From Tepidimonas sp. (GTDB taxonomy: Bacteria > Pseudomonadota > Gammaproteobacteria > Burkholderiales > Burkholderiaceae_C), in the NCBI RefSeq assembly GCF_029335975.1, contig NZ_JARJMT020000145.1, forward strand, positions 472 through 64,471: 64,000 nt of DNA. The letters are read 5' to 3'. A program made the position numbers and the translations under genes. The notes beneath the pieces were generated by a model. It saw only the letters and a program-made list of their open reading frames with translations. It searched no databases and was not told where the DNA came from. How positions within the stretch are numbered: the stretch's first letter is position 1; each line of letters opens with the position of its first letter. Below are positions 21,716 through 32,073 of the stretch, in pieces.

Positions 21716-23320
21716 CTACGGCGCGCCCCGGCGTGGCCGCCCCAGCCAGCCCAAGGCCAGCGCCGCCATGCAGACTGCCACCAGCGGCCACAGGCCCCAG
21801 CGCGCCGCCCAGGCGGCATAGGGCGTAATGCCGGTGCGGGCCTCGACGGTCGCATCCAGCACGCCGCGCTGCCCGCGCGGCAGCTCCGCCACCACACGGC
21901 CGCGGTGGTCGATGACAGCGGTGGCACCGGTGTTGGTGGCGCGCACCATGGGCCGGCCCAGCTCTAGCGCCCGCAGCCGCGAAATGTGCCGGTGCTGGTC
22001 TATGGCCACTGTATCCCCAAACCACGCGATGTTGCTGACATTGACCAGTATGGTCGGGGCCGCGGCCGGGTCCCGAAAACCCGCGACCAGCTCCTCGCCA
22101 AACAAGTCCTCGTAGCAGATGTTGGGGGCGATCCGCTGCCCGGCCCATGCCAGCGGCGGCTGGGGCAGCGCGCCGCGGTCGAAATCCCCCAGCGGGATGT
22201 GCATCAGCTCGGTGAACCAGCGAAAACCGCGTGGGATGAACTCGCCAAACGGCACCAAATGGTGCTTGTCGTAGCGGTAGCGGCTCAGGGCCTCGAAGGG
22301 ATCGCTACCGTCATCGATCAGCGGCTCGCCTGGCGTCCAGCCGACGACCGAGTTGGTGTAGCCATCGGCAAAACTGCCCAAAGGCACGCCCAGCAGCACC
22401 GCCACGCGGCCTGCGCGCACGGCCCCGCCGAGTGCGCGCCAGTAGTCCCCGTCGACATCCTGCGGCAACAGAGGGATGGCCGTCTCTGGAGCGACGACCA
22501 GCCCTTCGGCCAGCGTCGGGTCGGCGCTGGCGCGCACGATCTCTTGCCCATACCAGCGCAACGCGAGCGGTACGCCCGCCTCGCTGTCGAATTTTTGGTC
22601 TTGCGCAATGGCCCCCTGCAGCAAGCGCACAGGCAGGGTGCCCGCAGCCCGAGTGGCATCGGGCAAGCTCGCCGCCAGGCCTGGGCCGGTGGCCGGTACC
22701 GCCCACAGGGCCAGCGCCAGCACGCCCGCTGCGGCGCGCGAAACCCTGCCCCCCAGCGCCAGCACTGCGGCCAGCGCGGCCGAGGCCGCCCCCATGCCAT
22801 AGACGCCGACCCAGGGTGCCAGCCAGCCCAGCGCCTCGATCTGGGCATAGCCCCCCGCGCCCCAGGGAAAGCCGGTCCAGAGCACGCCGCGGGCCACCTC
22901 GGCCAGCGTCCACAGCGCGGCAAACGCCCCGACCCGGGCTGCGACACCCGCGTGGCGCCAGCGCCACCACAGGGCGGCGGCCAGTGCGTAGTCCAGCGCC
23001 AGAAAGGCCGCCAGCGCCAGTACGGCCGCGAGCGCCAACGGTGCGGCCAGCCCACCGTAAATGTGCATGGAAACGAACAGCCACCAGAAGGTGCCCGCCA
23101 GCCACGCGAGGGCAAACCCACCGGCCCGCACCGCGGCGGCAGCGGCCGTCTGCGCGCGGGCCAGCAGCGCAACCAGCACGACCAGACTCGCCCCCTGCAG
23201 CCCTGCCACCGGCTCGCCCGGGCGCAGCCAAGCGCCCAGTGACCAATCGAAAGGCCAGGCCAGCGCCGCCGCATGCGCCAAGCCGGCCAGCACGACCGCC
23301 GCGCCGCCCAGCCCCTTCAT
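21716..23320 (-). CDS. lnt: Apolipoprotein N-acyltransferase
   Basis: GFPW, PETA, YDKHHLVPFGE, ICYE, RATNTG. Confidence 0.93.
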   Translation of the reverse strand: MKGLGGAAVVLAGLAHAAALAWPFDWSLGAWLRPGEPVAGLQGASLVVLVALLARAQTAAAAAVRAGGFALAWLAGTFWWLFVSMHIYGGLAAPLALAAVLALAAFLALDYALAAALWWRWRHAGVAARVGAFAALWTLAEVARGVLWTGFPWGAGGYAQIEALGWLAPWVGVYGMGAASAALAAVLALGGRVSRAAAGVLALALWAVPATGPGLAASLPDATRAAGTLPVRLLQGAIAQDQKFDSEAGVPLALRWYGQEIVRASADPTLAEGLVVAPETAIPLLPQDVDGDYWRALGGAVRAGRVAVLLGVPLGSFADGYTNSVVGWTPGEPLIDDGSDPFEALSRYRYDKHHLVPFGEFIPRGFRWFTELMHIPLGDFDRGALPQPPLAWAGQRIAPNICYEDLFGEELVAGFRDPAAAPTILVNVSNIAWFGDTVAIDQHRHISRLRALELGRPMVRATNTGATAVIDHRGRVVAELPRGQRGVLDATVEARTGITPYAAWAARWGLWPLVAVCMAALALGWLGRPRRGAP

Positions 23321-24180
23321 GCGGCCGTCTGGCGCGAAACCTTGAACCAGCGCACGGCGCCGCCACGCGCATGCTGCACCTGGAACACCAAACCCGCGGC
23401 CTGATGGGATTCGCCCCGGCGGGGCACGCGCCCCATGGCGTGGGCCACATAGCCGCCGATGGTGTCGAAGTCTTCCTCCGGCAGCGCGACCTGGAACCAG
23501 TCGTTGACGCGCTCGATGGGGGTGTCGCCGCTTACCCGCCAGCTGCCGTCGGCCAGCGCAAAGATGTCGCCCTCTTCCTCGTCCTCGTCGAACTCGTCCT
23601 CGATCTCGCCGACGATCTCCTCTAGCACATCTTCGATGGTGATGAGGCCGGCGACGCGCCCGAATTCGTCGATGACGACAGCCAGGTGGTTGCGGTTGCC
23701 GCGAAATTCGCGCAACAGATCGTTCAGACCCTTGCTCTCGGGCACGAATACCGCTGGCCGCAGCAGCGCACGCACATTCAACTCCGGCGCACGCTGCAGC
23801 TTGAGCAGGTCCTTGGCCAACAAGATGCCGATGATGTTTTCGCGCTCGCCCTCGTAGACCGGAAAGCGCGAGTGCCCGGTGTCGATGACGGTGTTGAGCA
23901 GCTCCGGATAGGGAGCATGGATGTCGAGCACATCCATGCGCGGGGCGGCCACCATGACATCGCCTGCGGTCAGGTCGGCAATGCGGATGACGCCTTCGAG
24001 CATCGCGCGCGACTCGGCGTCGATGATCTCGTTGTCCTCGGCCTCGGCCAGCGTCTCGATGAGCTCATCCTTGGAATCCGGCCCAGGATGCAGGAACTCG
24101 GCGAGCCGCTGCAGAAAACCGCGTTTGTCTTCGTGCCGCGCGCCAGAGCGCGGCTCCGCAGAATGGGAGGGATCGGCCAC
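23317..24180 (-). CDS. corC: HlyC/CorC family CBS-domain magnesium/cobalt transport protein
   Basis: HSRFPVY, VIDEFG, TIEDVLEEIVGEIEDEFD; usual position upstream of lnt. Confidence 0.88.
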   Translation of the reverse strand: MADPSHSAEPRSGARHEDKRGFLQRLAEFLHPGPDSKDELIETLAEAEDNEIIDAESRAMLEGVIRIADLTAGDVMVAAPRMDVLDIHAPYPELLNTVIDTGHSRFPVYEGERENIIGILLAKDLLKLQRAPELNVRALLRPAVFVPESKGLNDLLREFRGNRNHLAVVIDEFGRVAGLITIEDVLEEIVGEIEDEFDEDEEEGDIFALADGSWRVSGDTPIERVNDWFQVALPEEDFDTIGGYVAHAMGRVPRRGESHQAAGLVFQVQHARGGAVRWFKVSRQTAA

Positions 24181-24254
24181 GGGTGTGGTCAGGGGTTGCG
24201 ATGGTCGTTAGGATACAACAGGGTGATGATCCTGGCATCCTTGGCCGCCCCGCA

Positions 24255-24956
24255 TCAGCGGCGTGCGGCCAGCCAGCGCATCAGGCGCCGCCACCCTCGG
24301 CGATAGGCCTTGAGCCAGTAGTCGGTGCGCGCCGCCTCTTCCTCGATGAATTCGCTAACGTGCGATTCGAAGTCGGCTGGGGGCAGTGCCAGGTGGCACT
24401 CGCTCTCGCCGGCGTGCTGCACGACCACCGCCCCCGCGCTGCGCGCAATGCGCAGCATCGGCGCATTTTCGCTCAGGGCGTGGATATACAGATAGCGCAC
24501 CCCGTGATTGCGCGCGTGCACCACCGCCCGGCGGAACAACTGGTGACCATAGCCGCGGCCGCGTGCATGGGCGCTGACGCTGACCCCGAACTCAGCGCTG
24601 TCGCTGCCGCGCTCGGGCGAGACCATATACGCCAAGTGGGCCATAGCGATGAGCTCCAAGCGCCGATTGAAGATACCAAACACCTCGTCCAGGCCGAACC
24701 GCAGACCATCGACGTAGCGTCGAATATGCTCGTCTTGCGCGGCGTAGCCGAAGCGCAGATAGCGGTCGCGCTCATCCAAGGCAAGCAGGTGGCGCAGGAT
24801 GGCATCGCGGTGCTGGGCGTCCAGGGTACGGATTGGCGCGCGCGGTCGCCGCATCCGCACCGGGCCGGGGTCGGTCGCCGTGGGCAGATCGCGCACGGGC
24901 GCGCGCTCGCCGCGCGCAGGCGCAGCGACGTGGGGCGGAGTGACCAACATCACCAT
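24255..24956 (-). CDS. GNAT-family N-acetyltransferase
   Basis: DRYLRFG, AEFGVSV...RGRGYG, ALSENAPMLRIA; start uncertain. Confidence 0.82.
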   Translation of the reverse strand: MVMLVTPPHVAAPARGERAPVRDLPTATDPGPVRMRRPRAPIRTLDAQHRDAILRHLLALDERDRYLRFGYAAQDEHIRRYVDGLRFGLDEVFGIFNRRLELIAMAHLAYMVSPERGSDSAEFGVSVSAHARGRGYGHQLFRRAVVHARNHGVRYLYIHALSENAPMLRIARSAGAVVVQHAGESECHLALPPADFESHVSEFIEEEAARTDYWLKAYRRGWRRLMRWLAARR

Positions 24957-25160
24957 ACCGACACTATACGGCGAATCGACCGAAAAGATTAGGGTTTTCC
25001 CGAATACCCCTGCGTTACTTGTTTTTTATCCGACAGCTCGAGGCATCTGGCAGCCCTCCAAGCAACTGTGCCGCCGGCGACATCTCCTAGGGACATCCCC
25101 TGAGCCGGGCGACGCAAGACTTCTACCACAATGGGTAATTGATACGATCGTTTTTCCACC

Positions 25161-26855
25161 ATGCAAAGAATTTGGCTATCGAGCTACCCCCCCGGGGTGC
25201 CTTCCGATATCGACCCGACCCAGTACGATTCGCTGGTGAGCCTGCTGGAAGAGGCCTTCCGCCGGCATCCGCAGGATCCGGTTTCGGTGTGCATGGACCG
25301 CTGGATGAGCTATGGTCAACTCGACCGCTACAGCGCCGCCCTGGGCGCGTACCTGCAGTCGCTCGGTCTGTCCGCAGGCGCGCGCGTGGCCATCATGCTG
25401 CCCAACCTGCCGCAGTTCCTAGTCACGATGGCCGCAGTGCTGCGCGCCGGCTACACCTGTGTCAATGTCAATCCGCTCTACACGGCACGCGAACTGGAGC
25501 ACCAGCTTCGGGACTCGGGGGCCGAGGCCGTCGTCATCCTGGAGAATTTCGCCCACACGCTGGAGGAGGTGATCGACCACACGCCGGTGCGCCATGTCGT
25601 GCTGGCCAGCTTCGGCGATCTGCTGGGTTTTTGGTACGGGCGGTGGATGACCTTCCTGGTGCGGCATGTGGCCAAGTTGGTTCCGGCGTTCAAGCTCCCG
25701 CTGCAGGGACCGGGCGGCGCGCGCACCATCGTGCCCTGGCGCCAAGCGCTGGAGAGCGGACAGGCCCAGACCCTCAAGCCCGCCGCGGTCAACCGCGACA
25801 GCATCGCCTTCCTGCAGTACACGGGCGGCACCACCGGCCCGTCCAAGGGCGCGGTGCTCACACATGGCAACGTCATCGCTGCCATCCTGCAGGCCGAGGC
25901 ATGGTTCACCCCTGCGCTCAGCAAAGTGGGCGATCCTCGGCATGCCAACCACATCATGGCGCTGCCGCTCTACCACATTTTTGCGCTCACCCTCATGCTG
26001 CTGGTCATGCGCCACGGCGCGCACGCCACCCTCATCCCCAACCCGCGCGACATCCCCAAGTTCGTCGAAGTCCTCAAGAGCCGGCCGTTCAATGTCTTGC
26101 CCGCCGTCAATACCCTGTTCAACGGGCTGCTGAATAACGCGCGTTTTCGCCAACTCGACTTCTCGTCGCTGGTGCTGTCGCAAGCCGGCGGCATGGCAGC
26201 CAGCGAGGGCACGGCGCGGCAGTGGCAAAAGGTCACCGGCTGCGCCATGATCGAAGGCTGGGGCATGAGCGAGACCTGCGCCATCGGCACCAACAACCCG
26301 GTCACCAACACCGAGTTCACCGGCACCATCGGGCTGCCGCTGCCCAGCGTCGAGATCGCCATCAAGGACGACGACGGTCAGGACCAGCCGCCGGGCGGTG
26401 TCGGCGAGATCTGCATCCGCGGCCCCAATGTCATGACCGGCTACTACAACAAGCCGCAGGAGACGGCCCAGGTCTTCACCCCCGACGGCTATATGCGCAC
26501 CGGCGACATCGGCATCATGGACGAGCGCGGCTATATCCGCATCGTCGATCGCAAGAAGGACATGATCATCGTCTCGGGCTTCAACGTCTACCCGACCGAG
26601 ATCGACAACGTCGTCTCCACCTGCCCCGGGGTGCTCGAGTGCGCCGCCGTGGGCGTACCGGACCCGCACTCCGGCGAGGCGGTCAAGCTCTACGTCGTGC
26701 GCAGCGACCCCACGCTGACCGAGGAGCAGGTGTTGCGCTTCTGCCACGATAACCTGACCGGCTACAAGCGGCCCAAGTACATCGAGTTCCGCGATGAGCT
26801 GCCCAAGAGCAACGTCGGCAAGATCCTGCGCCGCGAGCTGCGTGGCAAGACATGA
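25161..26855 (+). CDS. fadD: Long-chain fatty acid--CoA ligase
   Basis: LQYTGGTTGPSKGA AMP-binding motif, EGWGMSET, RTGDIG, DRKKDMI, PKSNVGKILRR. Confidence 0.9.
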   Translation: MQRIWLSSYPPGVPSDIDPTQYDSLVSLLEEAFRRHPQDPVSVCMDRWMSYGQLDRYSAALGAYLQSLGLSAGARVAIMLPNLPQFLVTMAAVLRAGYTCVNVNPLYTARELEHQLRDSGAEAVVILENFAHTLEEVIDHTPVRHVVLASFGDLLGFWYGRWMTFLVRHVAKLVPAFKLPLQGPGGARTIVPWRQALESGQAQTLKPAAVNRDSIAFLQYTGGTTGPSKGAVLTHGNVIAAILQAEAWFTPALSKVGDPRHANHIMALPLYHIFALTLMLLVMRHGAHATLIPNPRDIPKFVEVLKSRPFNVLPAVNTLFNGLLNNARFRQLDFSSLVLSQAGGMAASEGTARQWQKVTGCAMIEGWGMSETCAIGTNNPVTNTEFTGTIGLPLPSVEIAIKDDDGQDQPPGGVGEICIRGPNVMTGYYNKPQETAQVFTPDGYMRTGDIGIMDERGYIRIVDRKKDMIIVSGFNVYPTEIDNVVSTCPGVLECAAVGVPDPHSGEAVKLYVVRSDPTLTEEQVLRFCHDNLTGYKRPKYIEFRDELPKSNVGKILRRELRGKT

Positions 26856-27466
26856 GCCACCCCACCCTGCCCCCCGGCGTGCGCGTGTTCGAGCGCGGCT
26901 GGCTGTCGGCCAACAAAATCCTCGCCGCCCCGGGCCACGACCCGGACGCGGTGATGCTGTTCGAGCCAGCTTCGCGCACACTCATCTGCGGCGATGCCCT
27001 GTGGGCGCACGGCTTTGGCGTGGTATTTCCCGAGCTGGAGGGAGAACCCGGCTTCGATGCCGTGGCGGCGACGCTGACGCTCATCGAGCGGCTGGCGCCG
27101 CGCGTCGTCATCCCTGGCCACGGCAGTCCCTTTGGGGACGCGGAGTACTGCGGGGCCGGACCCGCCGAACCCGTCGCATCGGCGCTGGCGGTGGCGCGCC
27201 AGCGTCTGCAGAGTTTTGCGGCCGATCCCGCGCGCCACCGCCGGCACGCGCTGAAAGTGTTGCTGAAGTTCAAGCCGCTGCAGTGGCAGCGCCAGCCGCT
27301 GGCGGCGGTGTACGCTTGGGCGCAGCAGGTGCCGCTGTTGCTGCGACTGCATGCGCGTTGTCGCGATGCGCCGCCGTTTGCACAATGGTTGGATGCCGTG
27401 ATCGATGATCTGTGCGCCAATCAAGCGGCCAGACGTGTCGGCGACATGCTGGTGGATGGGACATAA
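26852..27466 (+). pseudogene. MBL-fold metallo-hydrolase with an in-frame internal deletion removing the HxHxDH metal site
   Basis: RGWLSAN is joined directly to AAPGHDP...LICGDALW...VIPGHG; no THxHxDH motif in the 204-aa frame. Confidence 0.7.
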
Positions 27467-27587
27467 AGGCGATTGGCCACGCCGACCCGATGCGGGACCA
27501 TGAACGGCTGCGACCCAAGCGCCGCGGCGTGGCCAGCGCCACTGCCCCCACCCTTTCCGAGCAAGCAGCCCCATCTTTGCCACCCAC

Positions 27588-27742
27588 GACCGGGTGCGCA
27601 TGGGCAGCATCGGCATCTGGTGGCACGCGCATCATGCGTGAGCAGCCGCTCCAAGCGCTTCGCAGGCACGTCAGGGCAACCCGTTTCTTTGAAATTAGCG
27701 CCCCAAGCCCGCCCGATGCGTGCTTTTTCAACGATCTGTTAG
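27588..27742 (+). mobile_element. 3' end fragment of an IS5-like element (left border of the defence island)
   Basis: 155 bp with 5 mismatches to 43169-43323; ends in TIR TTTTTCAACGATCTG followed by TTAG; encodes DRVRMGSIG, like the transposase C-terminus. Confidence 0.75.
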
Positions 27743-27936
27743 AACGTCAAGTGATCAGGGGTTTCCTAACGGATACTCTACCACGCACCATGCGCCGGAT
27801 TGAACCGGATGCGCCCGGCAGTTTCATCCTGCTGTCGATTTCTTCAGCATTTTCTGATAAATCATTAGATTACCTGATCCGCCGATCTGCTCAGCTCAAC
27901 GCACACAATTCCTCTTTACCACCATCTACCAGCGCG

Positions 27937-30672
27937 TCAATTCCATGGTGTGCCCATCAATGTGGCGAGATCCCGGCGCGAGAGTACTGCAGTAAACTCG
28001 CGCCAGTCCTTCTCCGGTGGCATCATCGTGCCCGTGTAACGCAGATCGAAACCTGTCGCTTTCTTCTGGGCATCAATGTACATATCGAGCTTTTCACCTA
28101 AAGACTCGATATCCTCGATCCATTCATCCTTGATGGTATCGGGTAGAGCCCCGAACAAGTCGTAGCGGTTTCGCATACGCTCGGACAGCCGCTCGTAGAT
28201 CTTCTCATCCACGGTCTGCTCGAACACCAGGTTGAGCATGTCAACCGTCTCTCGCCTCTGGCCGAAGCGCTTAATTCGTCCGATGCGCTGTTCCAGCCGT
28301 GTCGGGTTCCAGGGCAGATCCACGTTAATGAGCGTGCCGAGCGTCTGCAGGTTGAGGCCTTCGCATGCGGCATCCGTGGCCACCATGACCCGGATCTGGT
28401 GCTCGGCGACCATCCGCTTCAGGGTCTCGCGCTCCACCGCGACGCTGTCGCCTTGCTGATACAGGCGGCTGCGGCCCGCGCCGGCGTAGAGGCCGATGGC
28501 CTCTTCTGGATACCGGGCGGCCAGCTCATCCGCGAGCCATTTCGCGGTGTCGTAGTACTGGCTGAAGATGATCACGCCGAGATCCAGCCACTTCTCCTTG
28601 TCCAGAAAGTAGATCACGGCCTGCATCTTGGGGTCGACGTCCAGTCGCTGCAGCCTGTCGATGAGGCGCTCCAGCACGTCCCGCTCTTCCTGCGTTTCAA
28701 CGGCCAGGTTGGCCTCGAACTCGTCTCCCTCTTCATGCACAACCTCCCCTTGCAACAGTCGTCGAGCTGTCACGAGTCCGGCTTGGATGCTGGAGCAAAT
28801 GCGCTGCTCCAGCATGTTCTTCATGAACCCACTGCCCTCGCCGCGTTTTGCGAGTGCCTTGCCGAAGGCGCGTGCCTGGCTATAGGCCTCGCGGAAGTCT
28901 TCTGAAGTTCGAAGCGCCTTGCCCTCGAACAGGACGTCGAAGATCCGTGGTTCGGCCACCTTGGAGCGATCCGGGTGAATTTCGACCCCGACCCGTGTGA
29001 GCAGGTTCGCATCTTCCAGCTGCTGTCGTTTGCGAAGCACGACGTGCCTGACCAACGGGTTCTCACGTTGGAACAACGTTGCTCCGGCGATGCGCCGCTC
29101 TAGTTCCTCTTCCAGGATCTCTCGCGTCTCCTCGGCGAGATCGGTCAAGGGGCGATTGGTTTGCCATTCTCCGTTGGTTAGCCCCAAGTCCTGTCGGATA
29201 GCCGACAGCAGTTTACGGGCATGTGGCTCGTTGGTGGACTCGACGCGTGGCAGCGGAGAGCGCAGCAACTCCCAAGCATGGTTGGGGTCCAGTACCTCTT
29301 GCCGACCGGCCAAGATGTCCAGCACTTCATTGGGCCGATGCCAAGCCGCCAGGTCATGTCCCAGGACGAAGCGCCCTAGGCCTTGATGCAGGATACCCAG
29401 CAGGTCCCACAGGTCCCTCGGATCGGTTTGGATGGGGGTGGCTGTACCAAGCAACACATGATCGCCCCGGGCGGCGATTTCGCGCATGAAGGCCAAGAGT
29501 TCGTTCGGCGTTCCGGCGTCCCTGCCGAAGCCCTGGCGCGTGCGCGCCTTGTGGGCTTCGTCCAGGATCACTACGCCGAACCTCAAGCCTAGCAGGTGCT
29601 GCTTCTCCAACGAGTCGCGCATCATAAGGCCCGTGGACACGATGCCGATGCGAAGCGGACAGCGTGCAATCTGCTCGCGACCCGCCGGAGAAATGGCGCG
29701 CTCGTCCGTATCCAGCCACACCTTGCGCACCGTATCCCAGCGTGCGGTCGGGATGCCGAGCTTATCCAGCATCTCGGTCTGCCATTGCTCGGTGAGGGTG
29801 GCCGGCGCAAAGATCACGACCGGGCGTCTTGGCCCGTTGTCACGATCAGAGAGCAAACACAGCGTAAGCGCTGCGGTGGCGAGCGACAGCGTCTTGCCCA
29901 AGCCCACCTCATCGGCCAGCAGCAGCCGCACTACGCCATAGAGCCTGTAGTGGCGCAGGCATTCGGTCAGGAATCCTTGCTGCCACGGCTGTAACTGCTG
30001 CCCCTCGCGGTAGAGCGGGGACTCGATCAGCGCAGCCGGCGCAAGGTTCTCGTCCTCATCGATCTCGTCGAAGACCACTTCGCGGCGCCAGCCACGGCGA
30101 TGAACTTCTCGGATGACCGCCTGCGGCAAGGGCTTCGCCGCTTTCCAAAGGAAGTCGAACTCTTCTTCGATCCAGGCCACCCCCTCGGGGGACTCGTCTT
30201 CCCACAAGATCTCGTAATGACGCTGCCAGCCGCTGCGCGTCTCATTCATTGAGCCGATGAAGCCCAGCCTCCGGCCATCCGCCAAGGTGATCACACCGGC
30301 CTTGCCATGCACGAAACCGCAGACATTGTCGGGCGCTACCCGCACGGCCTGCCCATGCTTCTGCAAAAAGGCATCGAGGCGCCGATAGCGGTCGCGGTGG
30401 AGCAGGACTTCTGCCCCCAGAGCACGCTCATTCCAGCGTCCCAGCATCTTGCTTTCGCGCAACTGGGCGACCTTCAAGTCATCCGGATGGATATCGACGT
30501 TGCAAACGATCTTGACTTCGGGGATGCACTCCAAGATCTCACCAGCCACCTCAAATAATGAACTGGTGAAATAGCCCGCAATGCGCTTGTAGCTGCGAGC
30601 GCCCGCCAAGTGCCTCATTAGGAAGCTGGCATCCAGCCGATGCGTTCTGGAGGAAAAGCGGCGAATGCCCAT
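27937..30672 (-). CDS. PLD-like nuclease fused to SNF2-family helicase (RL/BREX-related defence effector)
   Basis: N-terminal HGKAG...GSMNET (HxK/GSxN); LLADEVGLGKT, DEAH, TDAACEGLNLQ, QRIGRIKR. Confidence 0.9.
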   Translation of the reverse strand: MGIRRFSSRTHRLDASFLMRHLAGARSYKRIAGYFTSSLFEVAGEILECIPEVKIVCNVDIHPDDLKVAQLRESKMLGRWNERALGAEVLLHRDRYRRLDAFLQKHGQAVRVAPDNVCGFVHGKAGVITLADGRRLGFIGSMNETRSGWQRHYEILWEDESPEGVAWIEEEFDFLWKAAKPLPQAVIREVHRRGWRREVVFDEIDEDENLAPAALIESPLYREGQQLQPWQQGFLTECLRHYRLYGVVRLLLADEVGLGKTLSLATAALTLCLLSDRDNGPRRPVVIFAPATLTEQWQTEMLDKLGIPTARWDTVRKVWLDTDERAISPAGREQIARCPLRIGIVSTGLMMRDSLEKQHLLGLRFGVVILDEAHKARTRQGFGRDAGTPNELLAFMREIAARGDHVLLGTATPIQTDPRDLWDLLGILHQGLGRFVLGHDLAAWHRPNEVLDILAGRQEVLDPNHAWELLRSPLPRVESTNEPHARKLLSAIRQDLGLTNGEWQTNRPLTDLAEETREILEEELERRIAGATLFQRENPLVRHVVLRKRQQLEDANLLTRVGVEIHPDRSKVAEPRIFDVLFEGKALRTSEDFREAYSQARAFGKALAKRGEGSGFMKNMLEQRICSSIQAGLVTARRLLQGEVVHEEGDEFEANLAVETQEERDVLERLIDRLQRLDVDPKMQAVIYFLDKEKWLDLGVIIFSQYYDTAKWLADELAARYPEEAIGLYAGAGRSRLYQQGDSVAVERETLKRMVAEHQIRVMVATDAACEGLNLQTLGTLINVDLPWNPTRLEQRIGRIKRFGQRRETVDMLNLVFEQTVDEKIYERLSERMRNRYDLFGALPDTIKDEWIEDIESLGEKLDMYIDAQKKATGFDLRYTGTMMPPEKDWREFTAVLSRRDLATLMGTPWN

Positions 30673-30678
30673 GGTGCA

Positions 30679-32073
30679 TCAATTGCGTGGCTTTACGCCG
30701 CCCTTGCGGCCCAGGCCAAAGCCCACGCGGTATAGGTCCGGCATATCGATCCGACCGTCCTTTTTGGTTTCGATCAGCCCAAGACGCTGCAGATCCTCCC
30801 GGATACCTTTCCAGCCGCGGTCGACATGTTGAGCAGGCAAACGCTCCGAGCGAATCTCCTCGGGCCCCGTCGAAAACTTCTCTTGCCACCGAGTCAAGAC
30901 ATCCTCATAGGTACATGGGACATTCATTCCTTGGAGCGCCGAGAGGACTTCCGGTACCCAGGGATAATCCTCGGCGACTTCGGTCACCCGGATTTCGGAC
31001 GCCTTTTGAATGCCGCGTTTGATACTTTCGTAATGCAGGGCAAACGGATGATCCTGATATCGTACACTGGAATCCTCCGCTGCCTGACGAATGGCCGCAA
31101 GAAACGAGCGCGGTGAAGTCTGACCGCGGCCATCCGCGAGGTGCCCGACCGACCATGTGTAAGGGATGCCGCGGCGCGGATCGCGCCCCATCCATGGTCC
31201 GGCGAGTCGTTCGAACGCCTTGCGTTGTGTTTCGGTTTCGCGTTTCATCTCATCGGCAACCAGCCAAGCGCCTTCGCCTTGTTCTGCCGGACAAATTTTC
31301 CGCATCAAGCTGCCATGATCGCCGCAGGCATTGATCAAGCGCTGCCAAAGCAGTCCATGCAAATCATGTCGCGCCCAATTTAGGTCAGCTTTGGTGGCCA
31401 ACAGCTTGGAAGCATCCGGAAAGTTGAAAACAGTGCGTTCCGCCTGATCTTCCCGCAGAAAAATCTTGCCATGAAGCCCAGGATAAGACTTGAGCCATAG
31501 CAGCGCGCGCAGCAGCCCACGTACGATGTCATCCATGCGCTTCCAGTCATTGCTGGTGCGATCGAGAGAATCGAAAAGAATGAGGCCGCGCCATGTACGT
31601 GGCTGCTGCATCAGGCGCGCCGACTCTTCCGGCCTGTTTTTTAGCCAGGCAACGGTTTCTGGCCAGCTTGCAGACGGAATGGTCTGCTGTGCATGATCTG
31701 CCACCCAGCGCAGCATGACTGCACGCCAAAGATCATAGGGATCTCCACCTTGGGCGATGAAAGCTGAGAAAACATCGGCATTGGGATAGCGGTCGATGGC
31801 CTCCTTGCCCGCAAAGCCCACTTGCACCACGATGTCTTTCAATTCTGGCGCCGCAGAGCCCAGCAGGCTTCGCAACGATTCAGACTGCAACGCGGCGGTC
31901 CAAAAGGATTTGCCCACCCCGCGGCCGCCGATGATCACGTGAGCATCCAGCTTGAGCGCCTTCAGATGTGACAGGGGAACGTAGAGCGTCCGCGCATCCG
32001 GTATCTCGCCGAAGTTGCTGGTTTCCAGGGGTGCCGCCAAGATGGCATCCCGCAACGCTTGAGCTTCAGTCAT
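30679..32073 (-). CDS. P-loop NTPase of STAND-like architecture with no evident effector domain
   Basis: Walker A GGRGVGKS, Walker B LILFDSLD, KIFLRED, C-terminal winged-helix-like LQRLGLI...MPDLYRVGFGL; ATG overlaps the ParA stop by 8 bp. Confidence 0.75.
   Translation of the reverse strand: MTEAQALRDAILAAPLETSNFGEIPDARTLYVPLSHLKALKLDAHVIIGGRGVGKSFWTAALQSESLRSLLGSAAPELKDIVVQVGFAGKEAIDRYPNADVFSAFIAQGGDPYDLWRAVMLRWVADHAQQTIPSASWPETVAWLKNRPEESARLMQQPRTWRGLILFDSLDRTSNDWKRMDDIVRGLLRALLWLKSYPGLHGKIFLREDQAERTVFNFPDASKLLATKADLNWARHDLHGLLWQRLINACGDHGSLMRKICPAEQGEGAWLVADEMKRETETQRKAFERLAGPWMGRDPRRGIPYTWSVGHLADGRGQTSPRSFLAAIRQAAEDSSVRYQDHPFALHYESIKRGIQKASEIRVTEVAEDYPWVPEVLSALQGMNVPCTYEDVLTRWQEKFSTGPEEIRSERLPAQHVDRGWKGIREDLQRLGLIETKKDGRIDMPDLYRVGFGLGRKGGVKPRN

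Noticed and set aside
27743-27936. AT-richer spacer between the IS fragment and the helicase stop, possibly a second IS end or small ORF (MKLPGASG…)
   Set aside because: No partner inverted repeat found and no recognisable coding motif.
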